Assembly (NCBI RefSeq): GCF_006345805.1
Contig: NC_042999.1
Coordinates: forward strand, 12,958,001 to 13,022,000
From: Octopus sinensis
Lineage: Eukaryota
Direction: 5' to 3'
Length of the DNA stretch: 64,000 nt
Shown here: in pieces, positions 1-13,935 of the stretch
How positions within the stretch are numbered: the stretch's first letter is position 1
Layout of the letters: every line of letters begins with the position of its first letter
Notes under the pieces: model-generated
Told to the model about the DNA's origin: nothing
Databases searched by the model: none
Seen by the model: the letters and a program-made list of their open reading frames with translations, nothing else
Position numbers and translations under genes: made by a program

Positions 1-2829
1 AGAGAGAACTGGTAGGAGAGAAGAGGGATGAATGCATGTAGTTCTGCTTTCATAATTACAGCAGTTAAGTAAAAGTACCAAAGAACAGTGACGGAATGAT
101 GAGTATTAAGAAGATGAGGTGTGGGGAAGGTTTGAACTGGGGCAGATTAGGGATTAAAGGTGGATACACTGAGTGACAAAGGTGGATATGAGTGAGCGAA
201 GGCAGATATGAAAGGTGTGTTTTTAGGACCTCAGTTTTACTGAAATGGAAGGATCTTCTCAATCATAGTAAGTTACAAATCATCTTCATCTTCTCTTCCA
301 TAAGGTTTAACATCTTGCTTAATCCCCAAATACATTTTTTTTTTTTTGCTTTTTGCATGCTTATTCAAGAGTTAGTGTCATGAGTCACAAGTTGTAACTA
401 TTCAATTGACTCCACAACTCTGTTTCATTTATGTTAATGCAATCTATTTTATATCAAAGTGAAACTCTGTAAAAATACTTGCTTGCATACATCCACCCAT
501 GCCAGCATGGAAAGCGGATGTTAAACGATGATGATGAGGAAATGAACAGACTAGAATTAAGAAGCAACTAACGAGATCAATATTTGAGCAGAGTAGGTAA
601 GGTGTTTGTTCCATGGAAATAAGAGTCCAAGGAGGAGTGAGGAGGAGAGAGAATTAAGTGACAATAACCATGGAGAGTGTTTGCCAACAAAGTCAGAGAA
701 AATGGCTACATTCTCCTCTATTAGAGGGTACGAGTTAATAGAAGAATAGGGTTAGATGTATGAAATTACACAAACAACTTCAGGTAATGCTCTAAATCAC
801 AAGCTGGCACACTCCAAGAAGATTGTTAGATCTCTTATATCACACTGAGAACATATATAAAAATGATCCGACAGGATAACTTCAACATGCACCTTCTTTT
901 TTACAGGCACAGGCTTGGCTGTATGGTTAAGAAGTTTACTTCACAACCACACAACTTTGGGTTCAGTTTCACCACATGGCACATTGAGCAAGTGTCTATT
1001 TGTTCTACATTTATTCCTTGCTGTTACATGCTTTCTAGTTACTAACATAAATGTAAAGATAATTTTCTTAGGTCCTATGAATTTATTAAGTCACTATAAG
1101 ATTATTCTGCTTATTTCAAGGTCTTTTCCACACTTCAGTCATCAAGGAAGCTAATAACTCAAATGGAAAATATATATCGAGATAGGTTGGTAGGTAAGTA
1201 GCTATAGATAGATTTGCTACAGTAATACAAGTTCAAATGTTCAGTTTTGTCTTTTTCTTAACACCATCGATAAATGTATATTGTAAAAACTGTCATTCAT
1301 AATAAGCCTTGCATCAATGTGTTTTGTTTTAAAATAATTCTTCCTTTCACAACAAAAAGCTTGTTCCAGTCCCTTCTTTCACATTTTAACCTCTTCTATC
1401 CTCGTACAAAGTTGCCTCCTTCTCTACTGTAGTCCCACACAGTCGATGAGGAACTTAGTCTTGTGAGCTATAGGGCAGCATCAATAGAGCAGGTGCCACA
1501 TAAAAAGCAGCCAGTACACTCTCTAAAGTGATTTGTGTTAGGTAGAACATCCAACCATCGAAATCATACCAAAAAAGACACTGGAGCATAATAGTTTTCC
1601 AACTTGTCATATCTTGTTGAACCATCTAACTGACGTCAGCCTGGAAGACACATAAAACAATGAAGAAGATGATGATGGTGGCGAGGAGTCTGCAGCCATG
1701 TTATTGGAATTAGTTGATTTAAAGTAAAATAAAAGGGATTGATTTAGTTAAACTAAGATTAAAAAGAAACCTGCTCCCTTTTTATAACGATATCAAGAAA
1801 GTGTCAAAAAGTTATATTTTATTCATAAAGTAATTCTTTAGCAAAGTCTAGATCAAGTGTGACATATTTTTAACAAAAGAATTCCACTCTCCCATAATTA
1901 ATTAAAATTGTTCATCATTGTTTCTTTGGTGTTTCTCAAACTTAGCTTGCCCCAGAACCCTCAGGAGTTTTCAAAAACAGCAGAAACCATGCTTATATTT
2001 CATAGACAATCCTACCAATTTAATAAGTCACTAAAATGAGAAACTAAAATTGTTTTCGAGAAAGTATTTATTCATGCAAGAATAACAAACAAAATGACAT
2101 TGAAACAGCAGATGTGCCAAAGTCCCTTTACACTAATGAACCGAGTTGATGATGGACACACGTTCATCTGCAAAGAGAAGTTGTTCTGCAATGAAACAGC
2201 AATTAGCATTTTCACATTCAAACCTGACAGAAGAAATTATATATAGAGTAAATATCCAAGTCATCATTTTGATTCTCACTGTTCACTGTGCCTCATCCTC
2301 ATCATCGTCTGCTTTCCATGCTGGCATGGGTTGGACGGTCTGACTGAAGACTGGCAAGCCAGTAGGCTGCACCAGGCTCCAATCACATCTGGCAAGATTT
2401 CTACTGCTGGATGCCCTTCCTAACGCCATATAATGTATTATTATCAGTTGGCAGATATCAGCAAATAATTTGTTTATTGACATTAGAAATAAGAACCACA
2501 AACTCATTAAATTCATTAGTCTTTGAGGAGATACGATATTGAAACACCAGGTGTCACTGAATCTCCTTATGCTAATGAATTGGATGTGATGTATGAAAAG
2601 TTGTTCTATGATAAAACAGAGCACTCTCAAACTTGGCAGAATATATTGGTTTCAAATTTTAGCACAAGGCCAGCAATTTCGAGGGTGAGGGGTAAATCAA
2701 TTACATTAGTGCCAGTGCTCAATCATGACAGAATTTGAACACAGAATGTGAAGGTGGATAAAATGTTTCTAAGCATTTTGCCTGGTATGTTAATGCTTCT
2801 GCCAGCTGCTGCCTTCTGGCAGAATATCA

Positions 2830-3640
2830 TCATCAGCATCAACATCGTTTAACGTCTGCTTTCCATGCTGGCATGGGTTGGACAGTTTGACTGAAGACTG
2901 GCAAAGCAGGAGGCTGCGCCAGGCTCCAATCTGTTCTGGCAAGGTTTCTACTGCTGGATGTTCTTCCTAATGTCAACCACTCTGAGAGTGTAGTGGGTGC
3001 TTTTTGCATGCCCCCCACACAGGGGCCAGTCATGAAGCACTGGCATTAACCATGCTCAAATGGTGCTTTTTAAGTGCCACCAGCACTGGCATGGGACACA
3101 CTTGAATGGTGCTTTTTATGTGCTACCAGTACCAGTCAGGCAGCACTGGCAACAGACATGACAACAATTTCACGTGACTCAACAGGTCTTCTCAAACACA
3201 GCATCTTGTCTGACAATTGAAGGGCACTTTTCAATGGGCTGGTTACGCGATACTGGCATCAGCCACAGCTACAATCTCATTTGGCTTGGCAGGTCTTCTC
3301 AATCACAGAATATCTCCAAAGAACTCAGTCACTTGTCATTGCCTATCTGGGGCCCAACATTTGAAGGTCGTGCTTCACCATCTCATCCTGGGGTCTTCCT
3401 AGGTCTACCTCTTCTACAGGTTCCCCCACTGTTAGGGTGTTACACTTCTTCACACAGCTGTCATCTATATGCAACACAAGACCATACCAGCACAGTCGTT
3501 GCTCTCGCACATCACATCTGATACATCTTATATCTAACTTTTTCCAGAGGCTGCTTACACTGTTGTGTATGCACACTGACATTACACATCCAGTGGAGCA
3601 TACTAGCTTCATTTCTTTCAAGCCTACGGACATCCTCAGC
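2830..3640 (-). mobile_element. RTE-type LINE 3' end (degenerate)
   Basis: VREQRLCWYG...VKHDLQMLG plus the same UTR and tail as 32420-33285. Shorter tail-only copies occur at about 2290-2430, 4050-4330, 29450-29735, 34480-34655, 47870-48260, 50750-51340 and 55400-55600. Confidence 0.7.
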
Positions 3641-5565
3641 AATTAATAATAAAAACAAAGTCATTAAATAAAGAATTTATTTTGGAGAATGGTGGATTAC
3701 AATTTTTCTATTAAATAAATTTATATTAAACTTTATTAAAAGACACCTTATCTTGCAAAACTTCGTAACTTTTCTAGTAGAATCAGGTGTTTCCTTGGAA
3801 CCCACTTTTGGAAGCTAACATTATAAAGTATAATACTAACCTACATAATAATGTATAGCCTATATTTTGAGCAGTCTGTTGTAAGCCATTTAGTAATCGC
3901 TCTTTAGTATAGGACTCACTGCTGTTAAAAAAGGGATTAAGCCTTTTAATCCCTACCTTATATGACTTACCTCATAGACTTAAATCTAATTGCAACAGTT
4001 GTTGATGTCTACACACATTTATGTCTGTATATATATATATCATCATCATCATCACCATCATCATTTTATATCTACTTTCCATGCTGGCATGGCTTGGACA
4101 GTTCAACAGGATCTGACACATCAGATGATAGTGTTCTGCTCCAATGTCTCAGTTTCGGCATTGTTTCTATAGCTGGATGCTATTCCTTATAACAATCATT
4201 TTACAGTGTGTACTTGGTGCATTTTTCATACCACCAGTAATAGTGAGGTCATCATGTTGCTTGCAAGACTATAAATTTCAAGGGAAGTGGGGCTTTATGC
4301 TGAGAAATGAGGAGTTAAAGCATCAGACATGTCATAACAGAACCTGTTTCTTGTAGTAGTGAAACCTCATGACTATTAACATTTTAGAAGACAGGGTAGA
4401 AGTAATCGGAAAGATTTTATATACATATAGTAATAATAATAATAATAATAATCCAAGGATGGAAGTCATAAATATTTTAATGTTAAAATATTCAAAAATT
4501 CCATTCTTGAACTATTATTATTATTACTACTATTACTACTACTACTACTACTACTACAACAACATTTAACCTATGTTATATCAGCACAGCTTGGTGCAAA
4601 CCCATAAAACTGCTGTTGCATGTTGGATTCAGAAATATAAGCCTCTAAAACCTTTCAAATGTGTTTCAAACAAAATTAGAATTCTCATTTCCAATGTAAG
4701 GTATTAATCTGAAGGGCAAAAGTTAATCACTGAGATGGTTGTGGAGGCATGCTGGTGATGGTAATTTCACCAACTTCTTTAATATTCTCTCCCAACAGCA
4801 TCTACTCCATTACTCTCTCTCTCTCTCTCCACTACCAACCTCTCACAACTATAAATCTGTTCATCTCATTTTATTTCATCATCTTTCATCACTTTGCCTT
4901 TTTAGGCATTTTCTCTCTGTCTTTCATTTATTCTCCTTTATCATCATTTACAGGGAAAATAAAAATTTACATGAAAACAAGTCATAAAGCAACCCCTCTA
5001 GTGCTGGTACCATGAAAAAAGTAGGCAATACACCCTGTAAAGCAGCTGGTATTAGGAACGGCATCAAATGAAAGAAACCAAGTTAAAGCAGACACTGGAG
5101 CATGATGCCGTCCCCTGACTTGTTGGATCCTGTTGAATTGTTCAGCCTATGCCTGCACAGAAGGCAAAAGTTAAATGATGACACGGAATAAATGCACTAA
5201 ATCATTTATTCACTTGGGCTTTGATGCATACATGAATAGAACTATTTCACCAGTATTTAGTTATTTTTATATATTCTTAGTATAATAGGTACATACCTTT
5301 TTTTTTTTCTAAGCAATATAAAACAAAATTGATTCTTTTGGGAAATAACTTTCAGAAAACACATCCCTCAAATATCAGTCTATAGGAATGTATTTACATT
5401 CAATAAATCTATTAGTATTTAAAGTTTCTGGCATGAGATGACCAAACTTCAGCAAAATCGTTAATCACAAATGGTTTTAATTATATTTATTAACAAAAAT
5501 TAATACTATTTTCAATATTGAAATATATCAGAAAAACACATTTGTAATGAAGTTTATTAACTTAC

Positions 5566-5675
5566 CATTCCAACAGCTTCTTTGTCGAATGGATTCCATG
5601 GCACAGTTTCTGGGTAATGTGCTAAAACTTTGGATTTGTATGGTCTTCTCAATGGAGCACAATGAAGATTATCTC
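5566..5675 (-). CDS. DENND5: DENND5 orthologue, next coding exon (110 nt)
   Basis: Acceptor ttcacattacag|GA, then [36 protein letters not shown], then donor ATG|GTAAGT. This matches vertebrate [37 protein letters not shown]. The phase-1 start completes a GGA (Gly) codon with the G from exon 1. The following exon (LCxPKGL...) was not found in 1-5565 and probably lies left of the window. Confidence 0.93.
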
Positions 5676-6197
5676 CTGTAATGTGAAAATAAAAATTTAT
5701 ATGAAACACAGGTTTTCTTAAGATAAAACATTTATGGTTGTCAATCTTAATACACACAGATCAGCTTACATAAATGAAAAAAAATAAAGAAAAAATTTCT
5801 ACCATACAAAAGATGACTTGGTTTGCTATGAATATCAAACAGATATTTTTAACTAAATCTTAATTTCAAGTTGAATTCAAATAATAACTAAAGCTGACAC
5901 AAGCGATAACTTTAAGGGATAATAATTCTGCAGCAGATGCTAACAGTTGATAATTTGTAATCAATAATCTTAAAATAACTCGGCACTGACAGAATTAATT
6001 GATAATTTTTTGATGCTTGAATGAAGCCTGATCAAAATATTTGTGCTCTACATTCTCACAGGCTTTTTGGAATAATTCAATTGTTTGAATGACAGTGATA
6101 TATAACCACCAGTGTAGGTGTTTCCTCAACATATGGGTAGCTAATCAAATGGTAAAGATCAAGTCATACATTTATTTGAAGAAAACATTCCATTTAA

Positions 6198-6414
6198 CCC
6201 TTTAGCATTTAAACTGGCCATATTAGGTCCAAAAATTCAACAAGTTCTATGTTTAAACTGAGCAAATTCTGTTTTTCACACCTACCATACAATGTCATTC
6301 TAAAAATATACTATCACATCACTGAAATCTAGAAGCAGTGAGATAATGTATGATTAACTCAAACCAATTTGAAACAAGCAGTACATTTGACAGAATAATT
6401 TGAATGCTAAAAGG
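6198..6414. mobile_element. piggyBac-like MITE
   Basis: TTAA on both sides (6194-6197, 6415-6418). Termini CCCTTTAGCATT ... AATGCTAAAAGG are inverted repeats with 1 mismatch. No coding capacity. Confidence 0.7.
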
Positions 6415-6794
6415 TTAAGACAAACTTTCAGCTGAAATTTCAAATAGGAAGAAAGAAAGAGATGGCTTATAACTTTAAAAATATTGAGCATGTCAAATCA
6501 ACAAAATTGTTGTCACCTAAACAAATCGATGTCAAGAATTATTTTCCTGATACTTCTCTTATAAACATTCCTTATTTTTGCTGAAAGAATTGGAAAACTA
6601 TATATGGCTTATGGTCTCTGTTATGACATTAGTATACACATTTGGTGTAAAATGGTATTACACAAATAAATGGTTGTGCTTATCTAAAAATAACCTACCA
6701 CAGAAATATATGTTAATACAGAAATGCATTCCATACTACTTGAACGTAGGTATTCACAGTTCAACTACTGACTGTTTCAAGCCTTATGCCTATA

Positions 6795-7118
6795 GTTTAT
6801 TTATTTATTTATGCGCCCTTTTCAAGCCTATCCAGGCTCATGGGCCTGGTTTCCTGGTTTCTGTGGCGTATGTGTCCCCCCCCTAGCTGGATGGAACACC
6901 AGTCTATGGCAGCATTACTCAAGAAACAGGAAGCAAGAGTGAGAGAAAGTTGGGGTGAAAGAGTACAACAGGGGTTGCCACCACCCCCTGCCGAAGCCTT
7001 GTGGGGCTTTTGGGTGTTTTCGCTCAATAAACACACACAATGCCTGGTCTGGGAATCGAAACTGTGATCCTCCAACCGCAAGTCCGCTGCCCTAACCACT
7101 GGGCCATTGCACCTCCAC
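6795..7118 (-). mobile_element. tRNA-derived SINE (family 2)
   Basis: tRNA-like head GGAGGTGCAATGGCCCAGTGGTTAGGGCAGCGGACT...GTTTCGATTCCCAGACC with A/B-box-like motifs, and an (AAAT)n tail at the 3' end. Confidence 0.7.
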
Positions 7119-7138
7119 TATGCCTATAGTAGAAAGAA

Positions 7139-7410
7139 TTATTATTATTATTATTTTGGTTTGGTTCAGGTTCAGTCTTATTCCTGGAAGGATTTATGTG
7201 AGTAGTGGGTAATTACTGTAGCAGTCTTTCAAGTGCTTAGAACTCTTCTGATAATCCTTGCTGTTTCTAAGAAGCAAACTTTCTGTAACAGCGCCACCGA
7301 GCATTCTATTCCAATCTCCTTCAGCCATTTGCCAATATCTTTGCTTATTGTTCCCAATGCATAAATTATCATAGGTGTGACCTTTAATGTTCTCATGCTC
7401 CATATTTTTC
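7139..7410 (-). mobile_element. R4/Dong-like non-LTR retrotransposon, 3' fragment C
   Basis: Minus frame KIWSMRTLKVTPMIIYALGTISKDIGKWLKEIGIECSVALLQKVCFLETARIIRRVLST* is homologous to the C-terminus of fragment A. A short UTR and (TAA)n tail follow at ~7139-7155. Confidence 0.8.
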
Positions 7411-7590
7411 TTCATCATCATTATTATAATTATTATTATTATTATTATTAAGGTGGCAAGGTATTTCATCTATCTTTACGTTCTGAGTTCAAATTCCACA
7501 AAGGTTGACTTTGCTTTTCATCCTTTCAGAATCAATGTAATCAACTTACCCTCTCCCCTGAAATTGGTCTTGTGCCAGAATTTGCAACCA

Positions 7591-8513
7591 TTATTATGTT
7601 TGGCTTTTGCTTTGAATTTATACAAGTTGACTCCAATCTCACTCAGAGACCTCAAGATGCAACAAGGTAGAGGTTTAAGTTGGTGTTATGACTAGGATGC
7701 CATATAATTGGTTTTGCACAGAATATTGTTCTAGAGAATGTCAGTCAAAATATAAGTAAATTAGAAGTTTGTTTTAAAAGTAATTTGATTCTAAGACGAT
7801 CGTCTGATGTTAAGCTGTCAGGAAACGGTGTTTGCTGTTTTGGACGTTTAAAAGTATTTTGACAATGTTTATGGATCAAAATATTTTGGGGATTACATAG
7901 ACAATAATTTACATAGGATATAGGCAGTTCCTATGAGCACTATTTTTCGAACTTCTTCCATTTTTGGATTTCCTAGTATCTGAGCTAGGTAGCAATCAAC
8001 CTCTTTTGCTATCATTCCTAGGAGCACCTATGACAACAGGTATTGTTTTAGTCTTGAGGTTGCTTAATTTGCCAATTTCTATTTCAAGATCTTACTTGCT
8101 CAGTTTTTGGTAGGTCTTGACAGACACATCTATATGGATTGGGGCAGTCATATTGGTAAGGAGGCATGATTTTTGTCTGAAATCCTTCCATATAATATCT
8201 GGCCTATTTGCATCTATTTTTCTGTCAAAGGAGTGAGATGTAGTCATTTTCAAGCACTGACAGTGGTTTGTGTTCCCACCAGTTTTTATCATGGAGCAGC
8301 AGGTCTTTGCAAATTACCCAGTGAGTATACTATGCTGCTCTACCATGCCTGTTGAGACACTCTAGGTACAAGAAGACTGAAAATGGAGACAGCATGATTG
8401 ATGGTTTCATTTTTCTGTTTACATACACATGTTGGGCTACTGCTGTTCTTTAAGATGTTGGCTTGGTAGCTTCTTGTAGGTGGGCATTGATCTTGGGCTG
8501 CTATGATAAACCC
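7591..8513 (-). mobile_element. R4/Dong-like non-LTR retrotransposon, 3' fragment B (degenerate)
   Basis: GFIIAAQDQ..., a Cys/His finger remnant, DRKIDANRPDIIWKD (PD nuclease motif), and C-terminus IPVVIGA...KIVLIGTAYILCKILSM* (stop ~7893). About 300-bp UTR ends in ATAATAA. Confidence 0.8.
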
Positions 8514-8523
8514 TATTATTATT

Positions 8524-10458
8524 TGAAAACTCACAGCTTATTTTGCTGAGTATGATGGAAAGTGTCAAGTGTCCACAGCCAGCAGACTGAGGTGACACTT
8601 GTTTACTGGTCATGCTTCAAGAACCCTGTGAAGAATTCTTGTAGTTTCAAGCAATGCTGATTTTTGAAGGTGTTCTACCTTCACACTTGCACCAATCTTT
8701 TTCAACAATGTTGGTAGGTGAGTGCTGATACTTCCCAGTGCATCAATTACTATTGATATCACATCAACTCTCTTCATTGACCACAACCATCGTATTTCCC
8801 ATTTTAAATCATCATAGTTGTTTATTTTTTCTTCTTCTTTCACAATGATCCTGTTGTGAATTATCATATATGTTCTTTAATTTTTATTCGCCACAACAAT
8901 GTCCGGTTTCCAATGTCTGGTTGGGTGATCACATGGGATCATTGCATCCCACAAGATTTTGCAATTCTCATTTTCGGTTACTCCTGGAGTTTTCTCATAC
9001 CACGTCTTTGCTCTTTGTAGGCCGTGATTCCCACAGAGCTCCCAATGGATCATTCTTGCCACATTGTCATGGCGTCTTTTGTATTCGTGTAGTGTCAATT
9101 TGGGGCATTCGCTAATGAAGTGCCATACTGTTTCATCCCTTTCACCACACATTCTGCATTTGTCGCTGTCAGTAGTGTTGTCTATTCTGCACTTCATATA
9201 ACTGGTCCTTAACACTTGTTCCTGAGCTGCGCATATGAGTGCTTCTGTCTATCTTCAGGTCACTTCTCCTCATCCATAGCCACCGGCCCTCTGTATCTCG
9301 ATGTTAACATCTCTTAAAAACTGATTGTACATTTTCTTTTCCTTTCATGTTTTTTTTTTCATTTGTTTTTTTAATTTTTTCTTTAGTAACACAATTTTCA
9401 GTGTTGATAACGCCAGCCTTCTTCGTGTGTTTCAACAGTGGCTCCACCACATTTTTTATATACCACCCTAAGCTGTTTTTCTCTGCTTCAACACAGTTCT
9501 GGCAACTGATTAAACCTCCCCACCCTTTCTTCTGGACAAGTACTGCCCATCAGTGTCACTTTTAGGGTGGAAGGCTCCATGTACTGTCAACATTTTTCTG
9601 GTTTTGGTATCCATTTCCTTCAACTCTCTCTTTTACCATTTTATAATTCCTGCTCCACACTGAAGTGATGCTATCGCCCACATATTAATTGCTCGCATCT
9701 TATTCCATCCAGTCAATTTTGAGTGCAACACCAGCCTCAGTCTTCAGAAATATTCCATCCCCAGTTGCTCTTTCATTTCCTTTTCCTTTATCTCATTGAA
9801 CTCTAGTACACCAAGGTATTTGTAGCTTTCTGTTTCAATCTTGCTTAATCAAGGCTCTGTTCGGTAGTTCTATCCTAGCTAAGGACTATACCTTGCCTCT
9901 TTTTAAGTAGATTCTGCACTTCTGTCTCATCTTTGCCATACAGTTTCAAATCATTCATGTCGAGGAGGTGGTTGGTTGACTGAGATTTTTCCTTTAGTTG
10001 GTACCCTATGTTCATTTTCCTAAATATCAAGGTCAGGAGTATCATGCAGAGAACAAAAAGCAATGGAGATAGGCTATCACCTTGCAAAATCCCTCTTCTG
10101 ATACCAAGGGTACCCAAGTTTTTTTCCGTAAGATATCAGTTCAGTTTTCCATTCCACAATACTTCTCTTCAGGAAACATGTTACATTCCTTGCAATTGCA
10201 AACAGGTCTAAGCACTCGATGATCCCTGAATGTGGAATCATAAGTTTTGTGATGGTCAATCCAGGCCATTCTCAGATTTGCTTTCCTTTGTTTACAATCT
10301 TGCATTACCATTTTATCTACAACAGTTGACTTTTGGTACCTCTGCATTTCCTTCTACGGCCTTTTTGTTTGGGCAGTAATATATTGTTCTCATCAAGAAA
10401 TTTATACAGTTCTTCTGCAATTCCTCCTGACAGTAACTTTATTATTATTAATAATAAT
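8524..10458 (-). mobile_element. R4/Dong-like non-LTR retrotransposon, 5'-truncated copy A (RT + CCHC + restriction-like endonuclease), pseudogenised
   Basis: RT motifs GILQGDSLSPLLFVL and HLLDMNDLKLY; finger CRMCGERDETVWHFISEC; RRHDNVARMIHW; KPDIVV; stop at 8610. A 15-bp target duplication AACCCTATTATTATT lies at 8509-8523 and 10459-10473. Confidence 0.88.
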
Positions 10459-11741
10459 AACCCTATTATTATTGTTGTTGTTGTTATATACAGTTAGCAC
10501 AAATGATAAGTTTTAGATTTATCATCTGTGCGAAGTTAATGATTTTTTTTTCTATTTTGAGTACAATTTCACAAAAATTTGATTGTTGTTACAGAGCTAA
10601 CAAAAGAATACAAATATTTTTCACAGACAAAAAAATTTTAATTTCTCCAGTAGAAAAGCCAACTTTCAATATTATTCATGGATGACAGAAAAGACTATAT
10701 TATTTAGCAATGTAAAGAGAAATTAGTTTTATTGATCATTTGTTGTAGACATAAAAGAAAGTCTGTGCAGAATACATATAGAATACAGAAGATAGCTGTT
10801 TATTAGCTCAAAATAGTAGCCACCATGTTGAAATAAAATTAAATTGAAAAGCTACAAACAAAGAAAATGATAGGGGAAAACGAAGCATAATATAAACATT
10901 CTAAATTTATTTTTCAGTGTAACAAGCTTTGGTGTGCAACTAATTTTTAGTTTTATGAAGTACACTTTTAATAATAAGAAATGAGTTAATTTCTATGGAA
11001 ACAAATCCTTTCAAAGGTTAAGTCTAAGCCAAAATGTAAATTGTTGTAGCTCTAGGCAGACCAATGCCTTGTGAGTAGATTTAGTAGGTGGAAACTGTGT
11101 GTGTGTGTATTTATCGCCCATTGCCACTTGACATCCAGTGCTGGTTTGTTTGGGTTACCATAACTCAGCAGCTTAGCAAGAGGGATCAATAGAGTAAGCA
11201 CAAGATTTAAATACTGAGGTCAATCTGTGCAACTAAACCCTTAAAGGTGGTGCCCCAGTCCAATGATTGAATCCAATTAAAGATAAAAGATATAGTAAAA
11301 TGCCCAAAACACTACTGTTGATGATCTATAAATCAAAGACAGTAATGTGAGAGAATAATTGTTCTAATCATTTGTAATTTAAAACAAAGGAAATAGCTTA
11401 AATTTCACAGATGAATAAAAAAGGAAAATCTTATTCTAATAGAATAAGGCAAGTTTCCTGGCATATATAAATATGGAATTGCAACAGGATACAACTAAAT
11501 ACCTAGTAGAGTAATTATATATATATATATATATATACATACACACACACACATATATATATATATATATTAGATCTCTCTACATGAATGTTCTTAGTCA
11601 TCAGATCATCAAAATGAATTAATAAAAGAAATTTTTTTAACAACATTCCCATTTCCACTCAGGAAACAGTTCTGTAAAATAGCGGCAAAGTGTTCAGCTT
11701 CCTCTAAATTTCATCAACATCATCATTTTCATAAACACTTA

Positions 11742-12614
11742 CAAGGTGGTATCAAAAGGTTTCCAGACTAGTTATGTTTAACAAAATACAACCTATTTAC
11801 CAAAGTATTAACATCATCTCCTTCGAAATAGTCACCTTGCACTCGTCCCAGTTTTCCTGCCATTTTTGGAATCTAGCCTGGAAGTCATTTTCTGTGAGTT
11901 GAGGACTTTCTGCGATTTGCTCTGGGTCTCAACAATGGTGTTAAAATGGAGACTTTTGAGCTGCATTTTCATCTTGGGGAAGATCTGGTAAATATGGCAA
12001 GTGTGGAAGCAACATCATGTTATTTTTGGCAAGAAACTCACAAGTAGGGCAAACTCGGTGCAGAGTACATTGTTGTGAAGAATCAAATTCTTTACGCTCC
12101 AAAGATCCAGTCACTTTAGCTGAATGTCCTTCCACAAACACTTCAAAACGTCACAATAGAACTCTCAATTGATGGCCCTGGGGAACAAATTCTCAATGCA
12201 CAATACCATATTTCTGGGGGTAAAGCTCGTGGCAGGTCTTCCAGATCGCTCATCATCTTCCAGGGTCATTCATCCACTTTTAGAAGCACCTGTGCCAATT
12301 GAAACATTGCGAACAACCCACTGCCTAGCCACTGTAAGCTTTCCAAGGCATGCTCAATGTCTCCATAGCAGACTTGCCAAGTTTAATGCAAAATTTCATG
12401 TTGACTCTTTGTTTCTGTCCATGACAAAATCACAAACTACAACATACATGTGATCACAAAAACAAATTTCACAACTTGCGAAGTAAACACAGCTATATCA
12501 CTCAGCAGATTGCCTCATGAAGGTCACTGCTAGCTCTCACTATGCATGCAACTGTATGCAGCCATCTGTAGCTCTGCAACAGGAATAGTCTGGAAGCTTT
12601 TTGATACCATCTCA
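11742..12614 (-). mobile_element. Degenerate, internally deleted mariner
   Basis: TA-flanked imperfect TIRs (CAAGGTGGTATCAAAAGGTTTCCAGACT / AGTCTGGAAGCTTTTTGATACCATCTCA). Transposase remnants: KFCIKLGKSAMET (N-terminus) and EFLAKNNMMLLPHLPYLPDL (C-terminus). Confidence 0.75.
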
Positions 12615-13900
12615 TATAATGTCCACTTTTACATGTTTGTATGAGTCAGATTTTCTATGGCCAGACACCCTTACTGTTGCCAACCTCCTGTGATCAAGCA
12701 AGGTGGTATTTTCCCATGACCAGAGAGAAGACTGGACATGAACATCATCGCTTGTGTGACAATGATGCTTGTTTACATCCATCACATGATGTCAAGTATA
12801 CATATGCATGCGCACACAATAGGATTTTTCAGTTTCCATCTATCAAATTCACTCAGAAGACTTTGGCGCCTGAAGCCATAGTAGAAGACACTTGCCCAGT
12901 GAGCCATGCAATGGGACTGAACCCAAAACCATGTAGTTGAGAAGCAAACTTCTTAACTATACAACCATGCCTTTAACTTTGAATGCAGAAATTCTCAGAC
13001 TAGCTAAACATTAACGCAATTAGAAGAGAGAGAGGAATGGAGAGAAAGGGGAGAGCAGGACAGAGAGAGGGGAGGGAGAGAGAGAGATAGAGGTGAGGTA
13101 TACCCACGGTTTTTGCAGTAGAGAACAAAACTGAGAAATTCCCTCTTCGCAACAACACAATAACAAGTAACATTTTATATTGTTTAGCTGAAGTCTACAG
13201 AAAGGACGAGATATGAAAAACTCATAATAGCATCCCAGTTTCTCTCTTTCACAAATATTCAAACCAACTAATTGAAGACACATACTGATAGCTTGATAAC
13301 TAAAGTAACAGGAAATTATCAATTGCTCATGAATAGATCAGAAATCCTGCAATACAGTACTGCAGCAAGCTCAACATAGCTTTTTTCTTAAATAATGAGA
13401 ATACGTTTCTGATGCAAATTTGATAGCCAAATGAATGTATTCTATTTTCGTTTAGCTAACCTCATTTTCACATTTGTACAGCCAATCAGAGGGCTCCAAT
13501 GAGAAATCAAAAGAATAAAACTACTTAATATACAGCACAGCTAGAAACAGCCATGGCAGCTGACAGTAGCTAAAGGCAGTTATGGTTGCCAAGAGACCTC
13601 ATATAGAAGATTTCTGCAGGGAACGGTTAACTGACCCATCACTGTTCCCACTCAGGTAAAGCATACAAACTAAGGCACAAATCACTTGTTATCCTGAGAT
13701 ACTGAAGAATTGAATAAACAGATTATTAAGGCAGAACATCTGCAGCTGGATACACTTGCTGTTACCAACCTTCAGCTGATTCCAAAGAAGGTAATATTTC
13801 ACCATGGCTAAACATGTTTTCATAGAATATTAAAAATGAATGACAGTGTATGACAGTTACAATCATTTACACTTATCATGCATTGTCAACACAAGGAAAG

Positions 13901-13935
<35 letters not shown>

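Noticed and set aside
1-5565. Search for the next DENND5 exon (LCxPKGL...FIITREDG)
   Set aside because: Not found. The KGL at ~2120 is in an unrelated context (FISVKGLWH).
6795-7118. tRNA gene
   Set aside because: Only the head is tRNA-like; it continues into a SINE body with an AAAT tail, with no cloverleaf 3' arm or T-run terminator. No true tRNA or rRNA genes were seen in the window.
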